From: Chiloscyllium plagiosum
Lineage: Eukaryota
DNA length: 49,523 nucleotides
Assembly (NCBI RefSeq): GCF_004010195.1
Contig: NC_057757.1
Coordinates: 8,932,980 to 8,982,502, forward strand
Direction: 5' to 3'
In this document: positions 1-12,266 of the stretch, in pieces
Layout: every line of letters begins with the position of its first letter
How positions within the stretch are numbered: position 1 is the stretch's first letter
Notes under the pieces: model-generated
What the model saw: only the letters and a program-made list of their open reading frames with translations
Database searches by the model: none
Told to the model about the DNA's origin: nothing
Translations under genes and position numbers: made by a program

Positions 1-582
1 GAGGGATTGAGTTCCGGAGTCCTGAGGTCATGATGCAGTTGTATCAGACTCTGGTGCGGCCGCATCTGGAATATTGTGTGCAGTTTTGGTCGCCATACTA
101 TAGGAAGGATGTGGAGTCATTGGAACGGGTGCAGAGGAGGTTTACCAGGATGTTGCCTGGTATGGAAGGAAGATCGTATGAGGAAAGACTGAGACACTTG
201 GGGCTGTTTTCATTAGAGAAAAGAAGGTTTAGGGGTGACTTGATTGAGGTGTACAAGATGATTAGGGGGTTAGATAGGGTTGACAGTGTGAACCTTTTCC
301 CGCGTATGGAGTCGGGTATTACAAGGGGGCATAGCTTTAAATTAAGGGGGGTAGATATAGGACTGAAGTTAGGGGTAGGTTCTTCACTCAGCGAGTCGTA
401 AGTTCATGGAATGCCCTGCCAGCAGCAGTGGTGGACTCTCCCTCTTTATGGGCATTTAAGCGGGCATTGGATAGGTATATGGAGGATAGTGGGTTAGTAT
501 AGGTTAGGTGGGCTTGGATCGGCGCAACATCGAGGGCCAAAGGGCCTGTACTGCGCTGTATTCTTCTATGTTCTATGTTCTA
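1..582 (+). mobile_element. CR1-clade LINE, 3' end of ORF2 plus 3'UTR and microsatellite tail
   Basis: ORF 30..401 has the CR1 C-terminal motifs LYQTLVRPHLEYCVQFWSP, LERVQRRFTRM and LEKRRFRGDLIEVYK. It ends in a (TTCTATG)n tail at about 564-582. CpGs are retained, so the copy looks young. Confidence 0.95.
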
Positions 583-583
583 A

Positions 584-2650
584 TCACAGTTGTGCTCTCA
601 TCATTGAAGCAATAACCTTTGCTTCAAAGAACCATCTGACCATGTCCAATGACATGGCCCAAGAATGTGACTTAGTTTTTCCAAATTTACTCTTAGACAG
701 GTTTATCACGAAGTCTACTTCACGAAGTTCATGGAGAAGTTCCGATAGATGGTGCAAATTTTCCTTCCATATGTGTCTGACAGTCACCAGGTCACTGATG
801 TTCACCACAAAATTTGGTAATCCAGAAATGGCTTTATTGATTAGTCTTGAAAGGTGGATAACAAATTGTTCATACAAACAGCATGACATTAAACTGGTAC
901 AGTCCATTCCATCTCACAAAAGCCAAATTTGCCTTTGCTTTTTCAGATAAAGTTACCTGATGTATCCTCTGAGTAAGTCCAACTTATAAAGATAAGTTAC
1001 TTATCCCACCTTCTCAATTAGTCTTCCAAATGCGGAATAGCACATGAATCAGACTTTATAACCGCATTGACTTTGCAATAGTCCACACATAATCATTGGT
1101 TACTGTTGAATGTTGTCACCATTATGATGGGTAAGCTACAGTTGTGGCAAATTACTTCAATGATATTGGATTCAGCAAATGTACAATCCCATGTTGCCAA
1201 CTGTAGAGGGTTAAGTTTATAAGGATGTTGCTTAATTGGAACAACATTTCCAATTTCTACATTATGTGTAATTGGATTCGTACTTCCCAACTTATTCCCA
1301 CACATCTCTCCATGTGATTATAATAACTCTTTGAGATCATTTCAATTTTCGTCTGGACGTTTGCTCAATAATGTATCTCAATTTCAGAGAATGTCTGCAT
1401 TGTCCAATTTAATTTGTGCGATGTCCAGTTTCGACTCCTCCAAAATTGGTTCCTCACTCTGTGCTGTCACAAATACCACATTCTTCTTTTCCTTTTCTAT
1501 TCGAATACCTTTTGAGCATATTCACACGACACACTCCAAGAATTCTTTCTATCTGGCAGTCTTACCAAACAATTCTCTTCACTCACTTTTCTTTTTGATG
1601 TGATAAGGTTCATGAAACCCTGCTTATACAGGTTGACCTATCATTGGAAGTAACTTGATCACCAGTCGATTGGTGATTTTTAAATCCCATTGCGATTTTA
1701 AAAAACTGCGATTTTTAAAATATTTCTTGTCTGCTTCCTGATTCATCACGTGCTGTACTACTTATCTCTTGCCAAAACATCCACTCTATTTAGTCTTTCC
1801 TTAAAATTTGACAAATTTTTCAAATATGTGGTCTCTGAGTTTTGACGCAACAATTTCTCCTTCATTTACTTCAGTGATCTTCTCGACTTATGCCCAAACA
1901 TTAATACAAATTGACTGAATTTGTTGGATTCATTTGGTGCATGTCATTTGCAAAAGTACAAATGGAATCCCTTTCTTCCAATCGTCTCGATAGTCTTGAC
2001 TCTGAACATTCAACAAGGCCTTTAGAGTTTGCTGCTACCCTTCTAAACGTCCCTACGATTCTGGATTTGAATCGTATTGTTCCTAAGCTGTACAAACGTC
2101 CTGGAATAATTCTGATGAAAATTTGTCCCTCCATTTATTTGTATTTCTAAGTGTAGTCTGTATCTAGTAAAATATTTGAAGAACTCTACTACAATCCTTT
2201 TAACCATGACACTACACAATAGAGTGGCTTCTGGAAATCTACTGGTTGCATCTATTTTGGTCAACCAATATTGATTCCCACTTTTTTGTTTACAGTACTC
2301 TGCAATAAATAAAGGGTATTTTAAAAGGTTGCTGAAATGCAGGAATAGGCGTTAAAGTTGCTGGTTTAATCACAGCTTGAGCGTTTCAATTTACCTGACA
2401 CGTATGAAATGCCTTGCAAAATTCATCCACATTCTTATGCACTCAAGAACAAAAGAAATGTTCCTGTATTTTGGCTGGAGCTTTCCTTACTCCCAAGATG
2501 ACTTCCATTTGTGAATTCATCTGCCACCCGCAACAACTAATTTCTTTAACCCAGCTCTAATGCAACTTGATGATCTTCACGTTTCCCATCAGCTTGAATA
2601 TGTGATGGTTTCCACTTCATCAGAAAGACCTCATTTATAGGATGGTAACC
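584..2650 (-). mobile_element. Degenerate Ty3/Gypsy LTR retrotransposon pol remnant, Gmr1-like (integrase upstream of RT)
   Basis: Minus-strand translation in order: integrase zinc-binding region (HLGVRK...FCKAFHTCQ, about 2500-2390), core (GNQYWLTKIDATSRFPEA, about 2280-2210), C-terminal VCRVNMLKRY (about 1535-1505). Then RT motifs PIKQHPYKLNP, CVDYCKVNAV, KLDLLRGY and INLSKSKFGK (1305-584). Many stops and frameshifts. Confidence 0.85.
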
Positions 2651-2689
2651 TTCTGGGTTACACTCGGACTCTCTATTCTATATACTATT

Positions 2690-3035
2690 CCCTAACTAAT
2701 GAAGACTAGCATTTCTTTTACCTTCTAAACCATCCTGTCCAACTGTCCGAACAGCTTCAGGGATCTATGGACTTGAACACCAAACTCCCTTCGTTCCTCA
2801 GCACTCCCCTTGGACCTACCATGTATTTAGCCCCTCCAGCCCATTCTGCCATTCAGAAAAAACATGGCTAATTTGACATTCCTCACATGCAGTTTCTTGC
2901 CTTTTCCCAAAACCCCTGATTCCTCGACTGATGAAGGATCTACCTCTGATCAAGATGAGCTCCAGTCATTAGCTTGCCCTCTCTCCGTGGATGCTGCCTG
3001 ACCCGCTGTGGTCTCCAGCGTTTCTTTTTTCTGTT
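2690..3035 (-). mobile_element. Short decayed CR1 fragments followed by a Penelope-type terminal piece
   Basis: The reverse complement resembles the CR1 segment RDLGVQVHRSLK. 2980-3035 (gatgctgcctgacccgctgtggtctccagc) resembles the Penelope-derived terminal sequence seen at 11245 and 40950. Confidence 0.5.
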
Positions 3036-3579
3036 TTAACTGTACCTGCAGTAATAAGATTCCACAAGGATTTACCTCTCTCAGTCTAAAATAAACACAA
3101 GGACTCTGCTCCCACAGCTCTCCTTGTGGCTGTGCCGTCCTATTCAGCACCCGTAAAACACATTTTAGTTTCTCATTTATTACCTCACCTAGGTGTGTAC
3201 TAACTACCCTTGCAATTTTAAGACCTAGTCTTACTACAGTCTGATTTGCATAATTTCCACATTTTATTTCAGCTGCTAAACGATTACCATTATCTTTTCT
3301 TTGGCACTCTAATTGATATTATGTTCAATTTCTGTTTCAAGTTTTCATACTGTTCCTTATTCTAAATTCTACTGTCAACCCGAGTTCTTTTTGCTTTGTA
3401 CATTGGATGCCTGGAATTCTGGCTAAAAAAGCGTTTATGGCCTTACTATTCCCAGCAACCACGGTGGTGTGCTGATCAGATTCAATTCAGTTTCTGCGGT
3501 TACCTGCATCCACTTTTTGTTATACACTTGTGTCACGTGGGCATCGTTGCTCTGGTATTTGTTTCCTGTTCCTAGTTGC

Positions 3580-3985
3580 TCGTTCAGAAAGTGTACCACT
3601 GCAGTCCATGTGGTGTAGGTAGACCCACAATGCTGTTAGAGAGAGAGTTCCATGACTCAGACCAGCGACGCTGAAGAAACAGCAATATATTTCCATGTCA
3701 GGATCGTGCGTGGCTTTGAGGTGAATGTGCACAGATTTACATTCGCCTGCATCTGTTGCCTTTGATCGTCTCTGTGGTAGAGGTCGGGGGTTTGGAAGGT
3801 GCAGTCTAAATGCATTTTGTGGATGGTACACACTGCTGCTACTGAGAATAAGTGGTGGAGGGATTGGATTTTTGTGGATGTGGCGGAAATTATGCTGGCT
3901 GCTTTGTTCTGGGTAGTAGCAAGTTTCTTGAGTGTCGTTAGTGCTGTCTCATCCAAAGCACATGGGGAGCCTATCGTCACACTCT
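3580..3985 (-). mobile_element. Non-LTR retrotransposon 3' fragment (L2/CR1-group LINE)
   Basis: ORF 3657..3980 (TQNKAASIISATSTKIQSLHHLFSVAAVCTIHKMH) resembles the LINE RT C-terminal motif SLHHRRxVAA. A related copy lies at about 15950-16200 (+). Confidence 0.7.
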
Positions 3986-4039
3986 TGACATGTGTTTTGT
4001 GGAGGTTGAACCGGCTTTGCCTTTTTTTAAAGTGGAATC

Positions 4040-6287
4040 TTGCTATAAAATTACAATAGTGAACACAATGGGTTCTTTCTTGATTATATGTTTTACTGAG
4101 ATCTGTCTCTTGATTAACTTATACAAATATCAGCCGAATGTATTAAGTCAGTCTGGAACAGGGTTTTTTTTAGAGCAACAAGACGGTGCTATTTTCTGGG
4201 TCTGTAGATTGTGGGGGATCAAAATTGGCAGTTTGTAAAGTGATATGCTCTTCCTGTTGGATGTGCGAGATTAGGCAGAATTTTGAAGTTCTTGATTATT
4301 ATGAATGCAGGAAGTGGCTTTGGTTGTGAATACTATCAGGTCTCATGAATCGGCTGGAGCGGCAGTTGGAGTCTCCTGTGGTTTTTCCCATCTCAAACCG
4401 GCAAGCTGTTTTGCAAATTGAGGGCCTGATGGATTCTCAGGGGAAGGTAGCACGAACAGCCAAGTTTCTAGTACTGAGAATGGCTCCACTCTAATGAGGG
4501 GTACGTCAGGTTCCAAGTGATGGACCATGATAGGGAACCCTCACGTCTAAGGCAAAAACAGATGTTTCTTTGGCTGTCAGATAAAAATTAGAATGCTGTA
4601 TCACCTCCCCAGTACCAAGGTCAAAAATATCTCAGGGAGTGTGCAAAATGTTCTCAAAGGGGAGAGGGACCAGTGGGAGGTCATTGTACACATTGGAAAT
4701 AACGACATCGGAAGGAAAAGGATGAGATTCTGCAGGGAGAACATAGGAAGTTAAGTAGGAATTTGAAAAGGAGGTCCTCAAAGGTAGTCACATCTGGATT
4801 ACTCCCAGTGGTACGAGCTAATGAGGATAGGATAAGGAGGCTACAGCAGATGAATGCATGGCTGGGGAGCTGGTGCAGTGGAAAAGGGTTCACATTTTTA
4901 GATTATTGGAACCTCTCCGAGGGTAGAAGTGACCTGTAAAAGAAGGAAGTATTGCACTTGAATTTGAAGGGGTGAAGGGTGGAACCCAGGAGAGTTGTGA
5001 GGAAAGAGATCGATCTGAGACTAACATAGGCGGGAAATGAGAGTCAAACAGTCGGGGCAAGCAGGAATCAAGGAACGAACTGGCAATTAAACTGCATTTA
5101 GTTCAATGCAAGAGGCCGAACATGGAAGGCAGATAAACTCAGGGCATAGTTATAAACTTGGGACTAGGATATCATAGCAATTACAGAAACATGGTTAGAG
5201 GGTGGACACGACTGGCTGCTAAATGTTTCAGGATGCAAATACTCTTGGAAGGATAGAAAGGGGGTAAAGCAATCAGTGGTAGTGGCACTTTATATAAGGG
5301 ATAGCATTACTGCTGTACTTAGGGAGGAGGTTCTGGGGAATACATCGAGGAAAGTTATTTGGATGGAACTGAGAAATAAGAATTATAGGATCACCTTATT
5401 GAGATTGTATTATAGACCTCCTATTAGATATCAGAAATTGAGGAACAAATTTATAAGGAGATTTATGTTATCTGTACGAATAATAGGGTGGATTTGGCAG
5501 GGATTTCAAATTTCCAAACATAGACTGGGATTGTCAGAGTGTTAAGGGTTTAGATGGAGAGAAATTTATTAACTGTGTACGAGAAGATTTTCTGTTTCAG
5601 TATGTGGATGCACCTACAGAGAATGAGCAAATCCTGACCTACTCGAGGAAAATAAGGCAGGACACGTGTATGAGGTGTAAGTGGGGGAGTACTTTGGGGC
5701 CAGGGACCATAATTCTATCGTTTTAAAACAGTGATAGTAAAGAATAGACCGGATCTAAAAATTAAACTTTTAATTTGGAGGAAGGGCAATTTTGATGGCA
5801 TTCAGCAAGAAATTTCAATGGTGATTGGGACAGATGTTTGCAGGTAAAGGGGCACCTGGAAAATGGGAAGCCTTGAAAAATGAGATAACAAGAATCCAGA
5901 GACAATATATTCCTTTTAAGATGCAAGGAAAGGCTAGTAGGTGTAGGGATTGGTGGATGACTGAAGAAGGTGAGGTTTTGTTTCAGGAAAAGAAGGAAGC
6001 ATATGTCAGTTATAGACAGGAGAGATCGAGTGAATACAGAGCAAAGTATAAAGTCAGTAGGAGTATACTTAAGAGAGAAATCAGCAGGACAAAAATGGGA
6101 CATTGAATAGCTGTGGCAAATAAGGTTACAGAGAATCCAAAGGGTTTTTATAAATATATTAAGGACAAAAAGGGTAGCTCCGGAGAGAATAGGGTTCCTT
6201 AAAATTAGCAAGGCAGAAGGAGTTTGAGCAGATACTAAACGTGTATTTTGCATCAGTCTTTCCTATGGAGAAGGACATGGAAGATAG
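4040..6287 (+). mobile_element. Long decayed CR1 LINE, 5' part: putative 5'UTR, ORF1 (Cys-rich N-terminus plus SGNH esterase-like domain) and ORF2 APE endonuclease
   Basis: About 4240: ICSSCWMCE. About 4600-4960: LPSTKVKNISGSVQNVLKGE, VIVHIGNNDIG, TSGLLPVVRA, MNAWLGSWC. About 5085-5550: NCI.FNAR, DIIAITETWL, LYYRPP. Disrupted throughout. Confidence 0.85.
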
Positions 6288-6882
6288 ATGGAGTTTAATT
6301 CAGATAAATGCGAGGTGCTGCATTTTGGGAAAGCAAATCTTAGCAGGACTTATACACTTAATGGTAAGGTCCTAGGGAGTGTTGCTGAACAAAGGGACCT
6401 TGGAGTGCAGGTTCATAGCTCCTTGAAAGTGGAGTCGCACGTAGATAGGATAGTGAAGAATGCATTTGCTATGCTTTCCTTTATTGGTCAGACTACTGAG
6501 TACAGGAGTTGGGAGCTGGAAATGTGTTGCTGGAAAAGTGCAGCAGGTCAGGCAGCATCCAGGGAACAGGAGAATCGATGTTTCGGGCANNNNNNNNNNN
6601 NNNNNNNNNNNNNNNNNNNNNNNNNNNNNNNNNNNNNNNNNNNNNNNNNNNNNNNNNNNNNNNNNNNNNNNNNNNTGAGCTGCCAGAGGAAGTGGTGGAG
6701 GCTGGTACAATTGCAACATTTAAGAGGCATTTGGATGGGTATATGAATAGGAAGGGTTTGGAGAAATATGGGCCGGGTGCTGGCAGGTGGGACTAGATTT
6801 GGTTTGGATATCTGGTCGGCATGGATGGGTTGGACTGAAGGGTCTGTTTCCATGCTGTACATCTTTATGGCTCTATGACTGT
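6288..6882 (+). mobile_element. 5'-truncated CR1 LINE nested in the older CR1 (spans a gap, with a Penelope-type terminal insert at about 6513-6589)
   Basis: MEFNSDKCEVLHFGKAN...RDLGVQVHSSLKV, then a 3'UTR ending in ctttatggctctatgact. The host CR1 resumes at about 6883. Confidence 0.85.
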
Positions 6883-9260
6883 ATATAGAATGTGGGGAAA
6901 TAGTTGGCAAGATCTTTAAATATGTCCCATATTCAGGAGAGGGAGGTGTCGGATGTCTTGAAATGCAGAAAAATGGATAAATTCCGAAGTCCTCATTAGC
7001 TGTAACGTAGAACTCTGTGGGAAGCTAGGGAAGTGATTGCTGGCCCCCTGCTGAGATATTTCTATCAACGATAGTCATAGGCGAGGTGCTGAAAGATTGG
7101 AGGTTGGCTGACATGGTGCTTAATTTAAGAAGGGTCATAAAGAAAAAAACAGGGAACTTTAGACAGGTGAGCCTGACATTGGGAGTCGGCAAGTTGTTGG
7201 AGGGTTTACTGAGGGACAGGGTTTACATATATTTTGAAAGACAGTTTAAGGATAGTCAGCATGGCTTTGTGCGTGGGAAATCATGTCTCACGACGTTGAT
7301 TGAGTTTTTTGAAGAAAGATCAAAGAGGATTGAGGAGGGCAGAGCTGTGGACATGATCTAAAAGGACTTCAGTAATGTGCTTGAAAAGTCGACTTATTGG
7401 TTGACTGGTTGGCAAGGGTAGATCTCATGGAATGCACGGAGAACCAACCATTTGGTACAGAACTGGTCCGAAGGTAGAAGACAGAGGATGGTGGTGGAGA
7501 GTTGCTTTACAGACTGGAGGCTTTTGGTCAGTGATGTGCCACAAGCATCGGTGCTGGGTCCACTGCTTTTCATCATTTATATAAATGAATTGGATGCGAA
7601 CATAAGAGGTCTCGTTAGTATGTTTGCAGATGATACCAAAATGGGAGGTTAGCTCAGATTACTATGGGATCTTGATCAGAGAGGTAAATGGCCTGAGGTA
7701 AGTGGCAGATGGAGTTTAACTTGGATGAATGAGAGGTGCTGCATTTTGGAAAAACAAATCAAAGCAGGAATTATAAGCTTTATGGTAAGGTCCTGGGGGG
7801 TGTTCCTGAAAAAAGAAACCTTGGAGTTCATGTTCACAGGACCATGAACGTAGAGGTGCAGGTGGATAGGATAGTGAAGAAGGTATTTGGTATGCTTTTC
7901 TTTATTGGTCAGAGCATTGAGTATCGGAGTTGGAAGGTGATGCTGCGGCTGTACAGGACTTTGGTTCAACCACTTTTGGAATATTGCGTGCAATTTTGAT
8001 GTCTTTCCTATTGGAAGAATGTTGTGGTTCTGTTCGCCGAGCTGGAAGTTTTTGTTGCAAACGTTTCGTCCCCTGGCTACTCTAGGAATTCCCTGGCTGT
8101 TCTTTGTCTGGCTTGCCCTATGATAGTAGTGTTGTCCCCGTCGAATTCATGTTGCTTGTTGTCTGCGTGTGTGGCTACAAAGGATAGCTGGTCGTGTCAC
8201 TTCGTGGTTAGTTGATGTTCATGTATGCGGATTGTTAGCTGTCTTCCTGTTTGTCCTATATAGTGTTTAGTGCAGTCCTTGCATGGTATTTTGTACACTA
8301 CATTCGTCTTGCTCATGTTGGGTATCGGGTCCTTCGTTCTGGTGAGTAGTTGTCTGAGCGTGGCAGTTGGTTTGTGTGCCATTATGAGTCCTAGGGGTCG
8401 CAGTAGTCTGGCTGTCAGTTCCGAGATGCTCCTGATGTATGGTAGTATGGCTAGTCCTTTTGGTTGTGGTATGTCCTCGTTCCGTGGTCTTTCTCTTGGA
8501 AGAATGTTATGAAATTTGAAAAAGTTGAGAAACGAATGTTGCCAGGGTTGGAGGATTTGAGTTATGTTGAGACGCTGAATAGGTTGGGGCTGTTTTCCCT
8601 GGAGTTTGAAGGGTGACTTTATCGAGGTTTATAAAACCATGAGAGGCATGGATAGGATAAATAGACAAAGTTTTTTTCTTTCCCTGAGGTGGGCAAGTCC
8701 AGCAAGGGGGCCATAGGTTTAGGGTGAGAGGAAAAAGGTACAAAAGGGACCTAATGGGCAACCTTTTCGTGCAGTGAGTGGCGAGTGTATGCCAGAATAA
8801 GTGGTGGAGGCTGGTACCAGTACAGCATTTGAAAGGCACCTGGATGTGTATATGGACAGGAAAGGTTTAAAGGGATATGGGCCAAATGCTGGCAAATGGG
8901 ACTAGATTAGGCTAGGATACCTGGTAATCATGGATGAGTTGGACTGAAAGGTCTGTTTCACTCATTTTAAGTAAGAACAGGAAATATACACATAACGGTA
9001 GTGTTCTTGGGAACATTGACAAACAAAAGGCCTTGAGGTACAGGTTCAATTTTCCTTGAAAGTAGAGTCGCAAGGAGACAAGAAAGTGAATAAGGCATTT
9101 CGTCTGCTTGCCTGTATTGGTCAGTGCATTGAGTATCAGAGTTGGGAGGTCATGTTACAATCCTTTCGTTTGGTCACTTTTGGAATATTGTTTTCAGTTG
9201 TGGTCTCCCAGATATAGAAAAGATGTGCAACTTGAAAGAGCTCAGAAAAGACTGAGATAT
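6883..9260 (+). mobile_element. Continuation of the decayed CR1 ORF2 (RT) and 3'UTR, plus a further CR1 fragment at about 8960-9260
   Basis: QHGFVRGKSCLTTLIEFFE, VPQASVLGPLLFIIYINELD, FADDTK and LYRTLVQPLLEYCVQF motifs. 3'UTR at about 8800-8960. Confidence 0.9.
8024..8495 (-). mobile_element. Penelope-like element fragment (GIY-YIG endonuclease region) inserted in CR1
   Basis: ORF 8197..8382 contains NVVYKIPCKDCTKHYIGQTGRQLTIRIHEH. A 13-bp direct repeat TTGGAAGAATGTT flanks it at 8011-8023 and 8496-8508. Confidence 0.9.
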
Positions 9261-9577
9261 TATGTCAAGTGACAATAACCTTTTTAAAGAGGTGAATTTA
9301 AAACAGGACCTTAAGGGAGCTGAGTATTCAGAAGGACTTAGAGAAGGAGTCCAGACATTCAGACACCTCAGTTGCACAGGATTGTTCCCAGTTGTCAGAC
9401 TTATACTTGTTTCTTACTTGTTCATTTAATTTAATTCCATGAAACTGTCATTCCTTTTACTATCATGCCAACAGGTAACATTTACATCATAGCGGAATAT
9501 TGAACACTTTCATAAATAGTGTTTCATTGCTACGAGTGAGAGTTTGAACTCGAGAATTTGGAGAACAATATGCCTGT

Positions 9578-10167
9578 TGTTATGGATGAGACCAGACCCC
9601 TCAACACATTGTTTAAGCAGGAAACACAGACCGTGACTTTGCTATTTATTTCAAGAGGTGTATGTTGGATATTCCCTGTGTAAATTAGCTGGGTCGACTG
9701 CCAAGTTTTCAACAAACAAGATTTATTTCCAAAGTTACAGAATGAAGCACAAAGAGCAGAAAACAGAATAACTGATAACTTATCCGATCCGAAGCCAATT
9801 TAATGGTGCTGTTCCAACAATACTTGCAACAGTCTCAATACACACATTCCTTCACACAATCAGTAAAACATAGCACAGGCAACTTACAGTTTCTATAACA
9901 GAGAGAAGTCAGCAGCCTGTTTCACACATCCCCTGCTACAACTGAACTGACTAAAGTTCTGAACTGAATTGAACTATACAGCTAAAGAGCTGACCACGTC
10001 CCTTTGAATATGCCGGGTTTTTAAAAAGATGTCAAAGTATTATCTGTTAGGGTAAACAAGACGCCCCAGAGAACAGTTTAAATCTCAGACACGATGGAGC
10101 CTGGCCAATTGTCTCTTCTCTGAAAAAAATACTCAAGTAACCTTGTAACAGAACCAGTAAAGTGACA
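9578..10167. mobile_element. Solo LTR, related to the LTR at 31990-32654
   Basis: Starts TGTTATGGATGAGACCAGAC (compare TGTTATGGAGCAGACCAGAC at 31990) and ends ...GTGACA. Flanks ctgt/atgt form a near 4-bp TSD. An alternative end is TAACA at 10150. Confidence 0.65.
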
Positions 10168-11086
10168 ATGTCATTGTGATAAGTGGCTACTGGGGGGATG
10201 GATTTGTTGGCGGAAAGCAAACACCTTCCAGGCCGGCAGAAAAAATTAAAACAAAGAAAATGTCCAGAGTTTATAATTTGGTATCAGGCTGATATGGTGC
10301 TGGAACACAAGAGTCAAGAGGTAACAATGGAATGAATGACTGTTTCACTAATTATGAGCTGAGGCAGGGATGAGTTTAGCAGCTGCTTTACAGGTGGAAA
10401 CAATAATTCTTGGTGATGATGCAGATATCTTTTTTAATTGATCTCAGGCTCCATTATGAATCCACAAGCAAACAGGGCTCATCCCGAGTGAGTTCCTGCT
10501 GAGCTCGATGGAGTCAGTGACAGCCAAAAAGCATTTTCATGGAACAATGACATTGTCGGCTCTTCGGCCACATCCAACCACATTCCCGAGTTTCGGATCT
10601 CATCTGCCACTGAATGGGCCTTGGATTCCCCATCATCACAGTCGCTGATGCGTGGAAAGAAACGAATCAGGAAAAGGAGTGATATCAGGGTGAATTGAAC
10701 GGAAGCAGAATAAATATTTCTGAAAGCACATTTATAATCAAAGGACACAGATTTCCACAATATACTGTTCAATCTTTATATTAAGAAAACATCTTAGACT
10801 TTTTCTTCATTTGTCCAGATCTGTGAATCAGAGAATTCCACAAGGGAGAGTAGACAGAAAACTGAGGTTGCTGATCCCATTATGGCCTGCAGTGAACGAC
10901 GGCACTTTCCTCCAGGTGACTGATTCTGTTTCTCTATCCAGTTCATTCACTAGGAACGGATTTCTTGGGATGATTTTGTTTTCTCTCTCAGGCATACCTA
11001 ATTCCTCTTTTTGTTTTGCTTTAGTTATTCCGTTTTCTACCAACTGTTGCTGAATGCTGACAGTACTTGACAATACTTGGCTCCTG

Positions 11087-11271
11087 GGAGGAGAAAGTGA
11101 GGGCTGCAGATGCTGGAGATCAGAGCTGAAAATGTGTTGCTGGAAAAGCGCAGCAGGTCAGGCAGCATCCAGGGAAGAGGAGAATCGACGTTTCGGGCAT
11201 AAGCCCTTCTTCTGGATTCGAAACGTCGATTCTCCTGTTCCTTGGATGCTGCCTGACCTGCTGCGCTTTTC
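11087..11271. mobile_element. Short palindromic Penelope-terminal-repeat-derived insertion with TSD
   Basis: Inverted arms (ggaaaagcgcagcaggtcaggcagcatcc...gacgtttcg / cgaaacgtc...ggatgctgcctgacctgctgcgcttttcc). 16-bp TSD caatactt(g/t)gctcctg at 11071-11086 and 11272-11287. The empty site is visible in the paralogous segment at about 22110-22140. Confidence 0.85.
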
Positions 11272-11438
11272 CAATACTTTGCTCCTGCCATCTCTTTCCT
11301 TTTCCTTCTCAGAGAGAGCCATTCCTTGCCCATTATAAAAATAGTGTTACCATATTGCTACTCCTCCTTCTCCTTTCGTTCCATTTCTCACGTGGACTCT
11401 TCATTCGATTATTTGCTGCACCTCACTTTGGCTCACAT

Positions 11439-12266
11439 TTACTTGCATTTATTGATCAATTGAATTATTTTTATAACTGGTTATTTCACGGCACAATTTA
11501 ACCGGTATCTGAAAATATTGTGTCCCACCAAATAAATAAGTGACTTTGTACAGCAACTTAAGTCTCGCAACATATATGTGGCTTGTTCAAAGAGGTAAAA
11601 AGCAGCAGAATCCAAGGAATGATCAGCATTAAAGAAAAGTGAAATTTGGCAGATAGAGCGGAGAGTAAAATCACAGAATTCTTTCTGCTCTCTGTCTCAG
11701 GATCATTCTGTATGCTTCTTTGACCCCTCAGTTCATTATACATCTTGATAGCTTCAAATATATGTCTGATAGTCAGCATGTTGATAAGAGAACAAAAGTG
11801 AATGGGAGAAATGGTGTTAAAAAATGTTAAAAATATTTAAAACTTGCCCACCGAGGCCCATTACTATACCTGGACCTGATATAGTATTGCCATGGAACAT
11901 TGTTTACAGGTTGAAATCGAAAGTAGTTGGGAATGTTCTTTACGAAAAATAAAATGCAGATTATTGCTATAACTCTCATCCCAGTTTTCTCCGTACTATA
12001 CTTAGTTTTCATCTGATGAAAATAAATCACGGCAAATTGATCAAAACAAAAAGCAACAGTGAACCAGACAGAACAATCGATTGTCAAGCAGCTCAGGACA
12101 TAGACGATACTACAAACAGGAGTGATGTCCAGGAAACACGGTGGAGAATAATAGTATGGAAATCGATGAAGTATGATATAAAACATAATGGCCACCAGAT
12201 AGTGGGTGCTGCATGTCAAAAGGCCGCACTTGCCCTGAACTTAGATTAGAATCACAACCAGACTGA
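11439..12266 (-). pseudogene. GPR139/GPR142-like class A GPCR pseudogene, copy 1 (main coding exon)
   Basis: Polypyrimidine tract plus TACAG acceptor at 12267-12296, then VSLVVILI*VQGKCGLLTCSTHYLVA (TAA at 12241-43). Further motifs: PVCS...DCSVWFTVAFCFDQF, KNIPNYF, LTIRHI, DPETESRKNSVILLSALS. Stops, frameshifts and deletions. Exon 1 not found. Confidence 0.85.

Noticed and set aside
10479..10772. 97-aa minus-strand ORF as a protein-coding gene
   Set aside because: No recognisable motif, non-ATG start, and its paralogous counterpart near 22500 does not preserve an equivalent reading frame.
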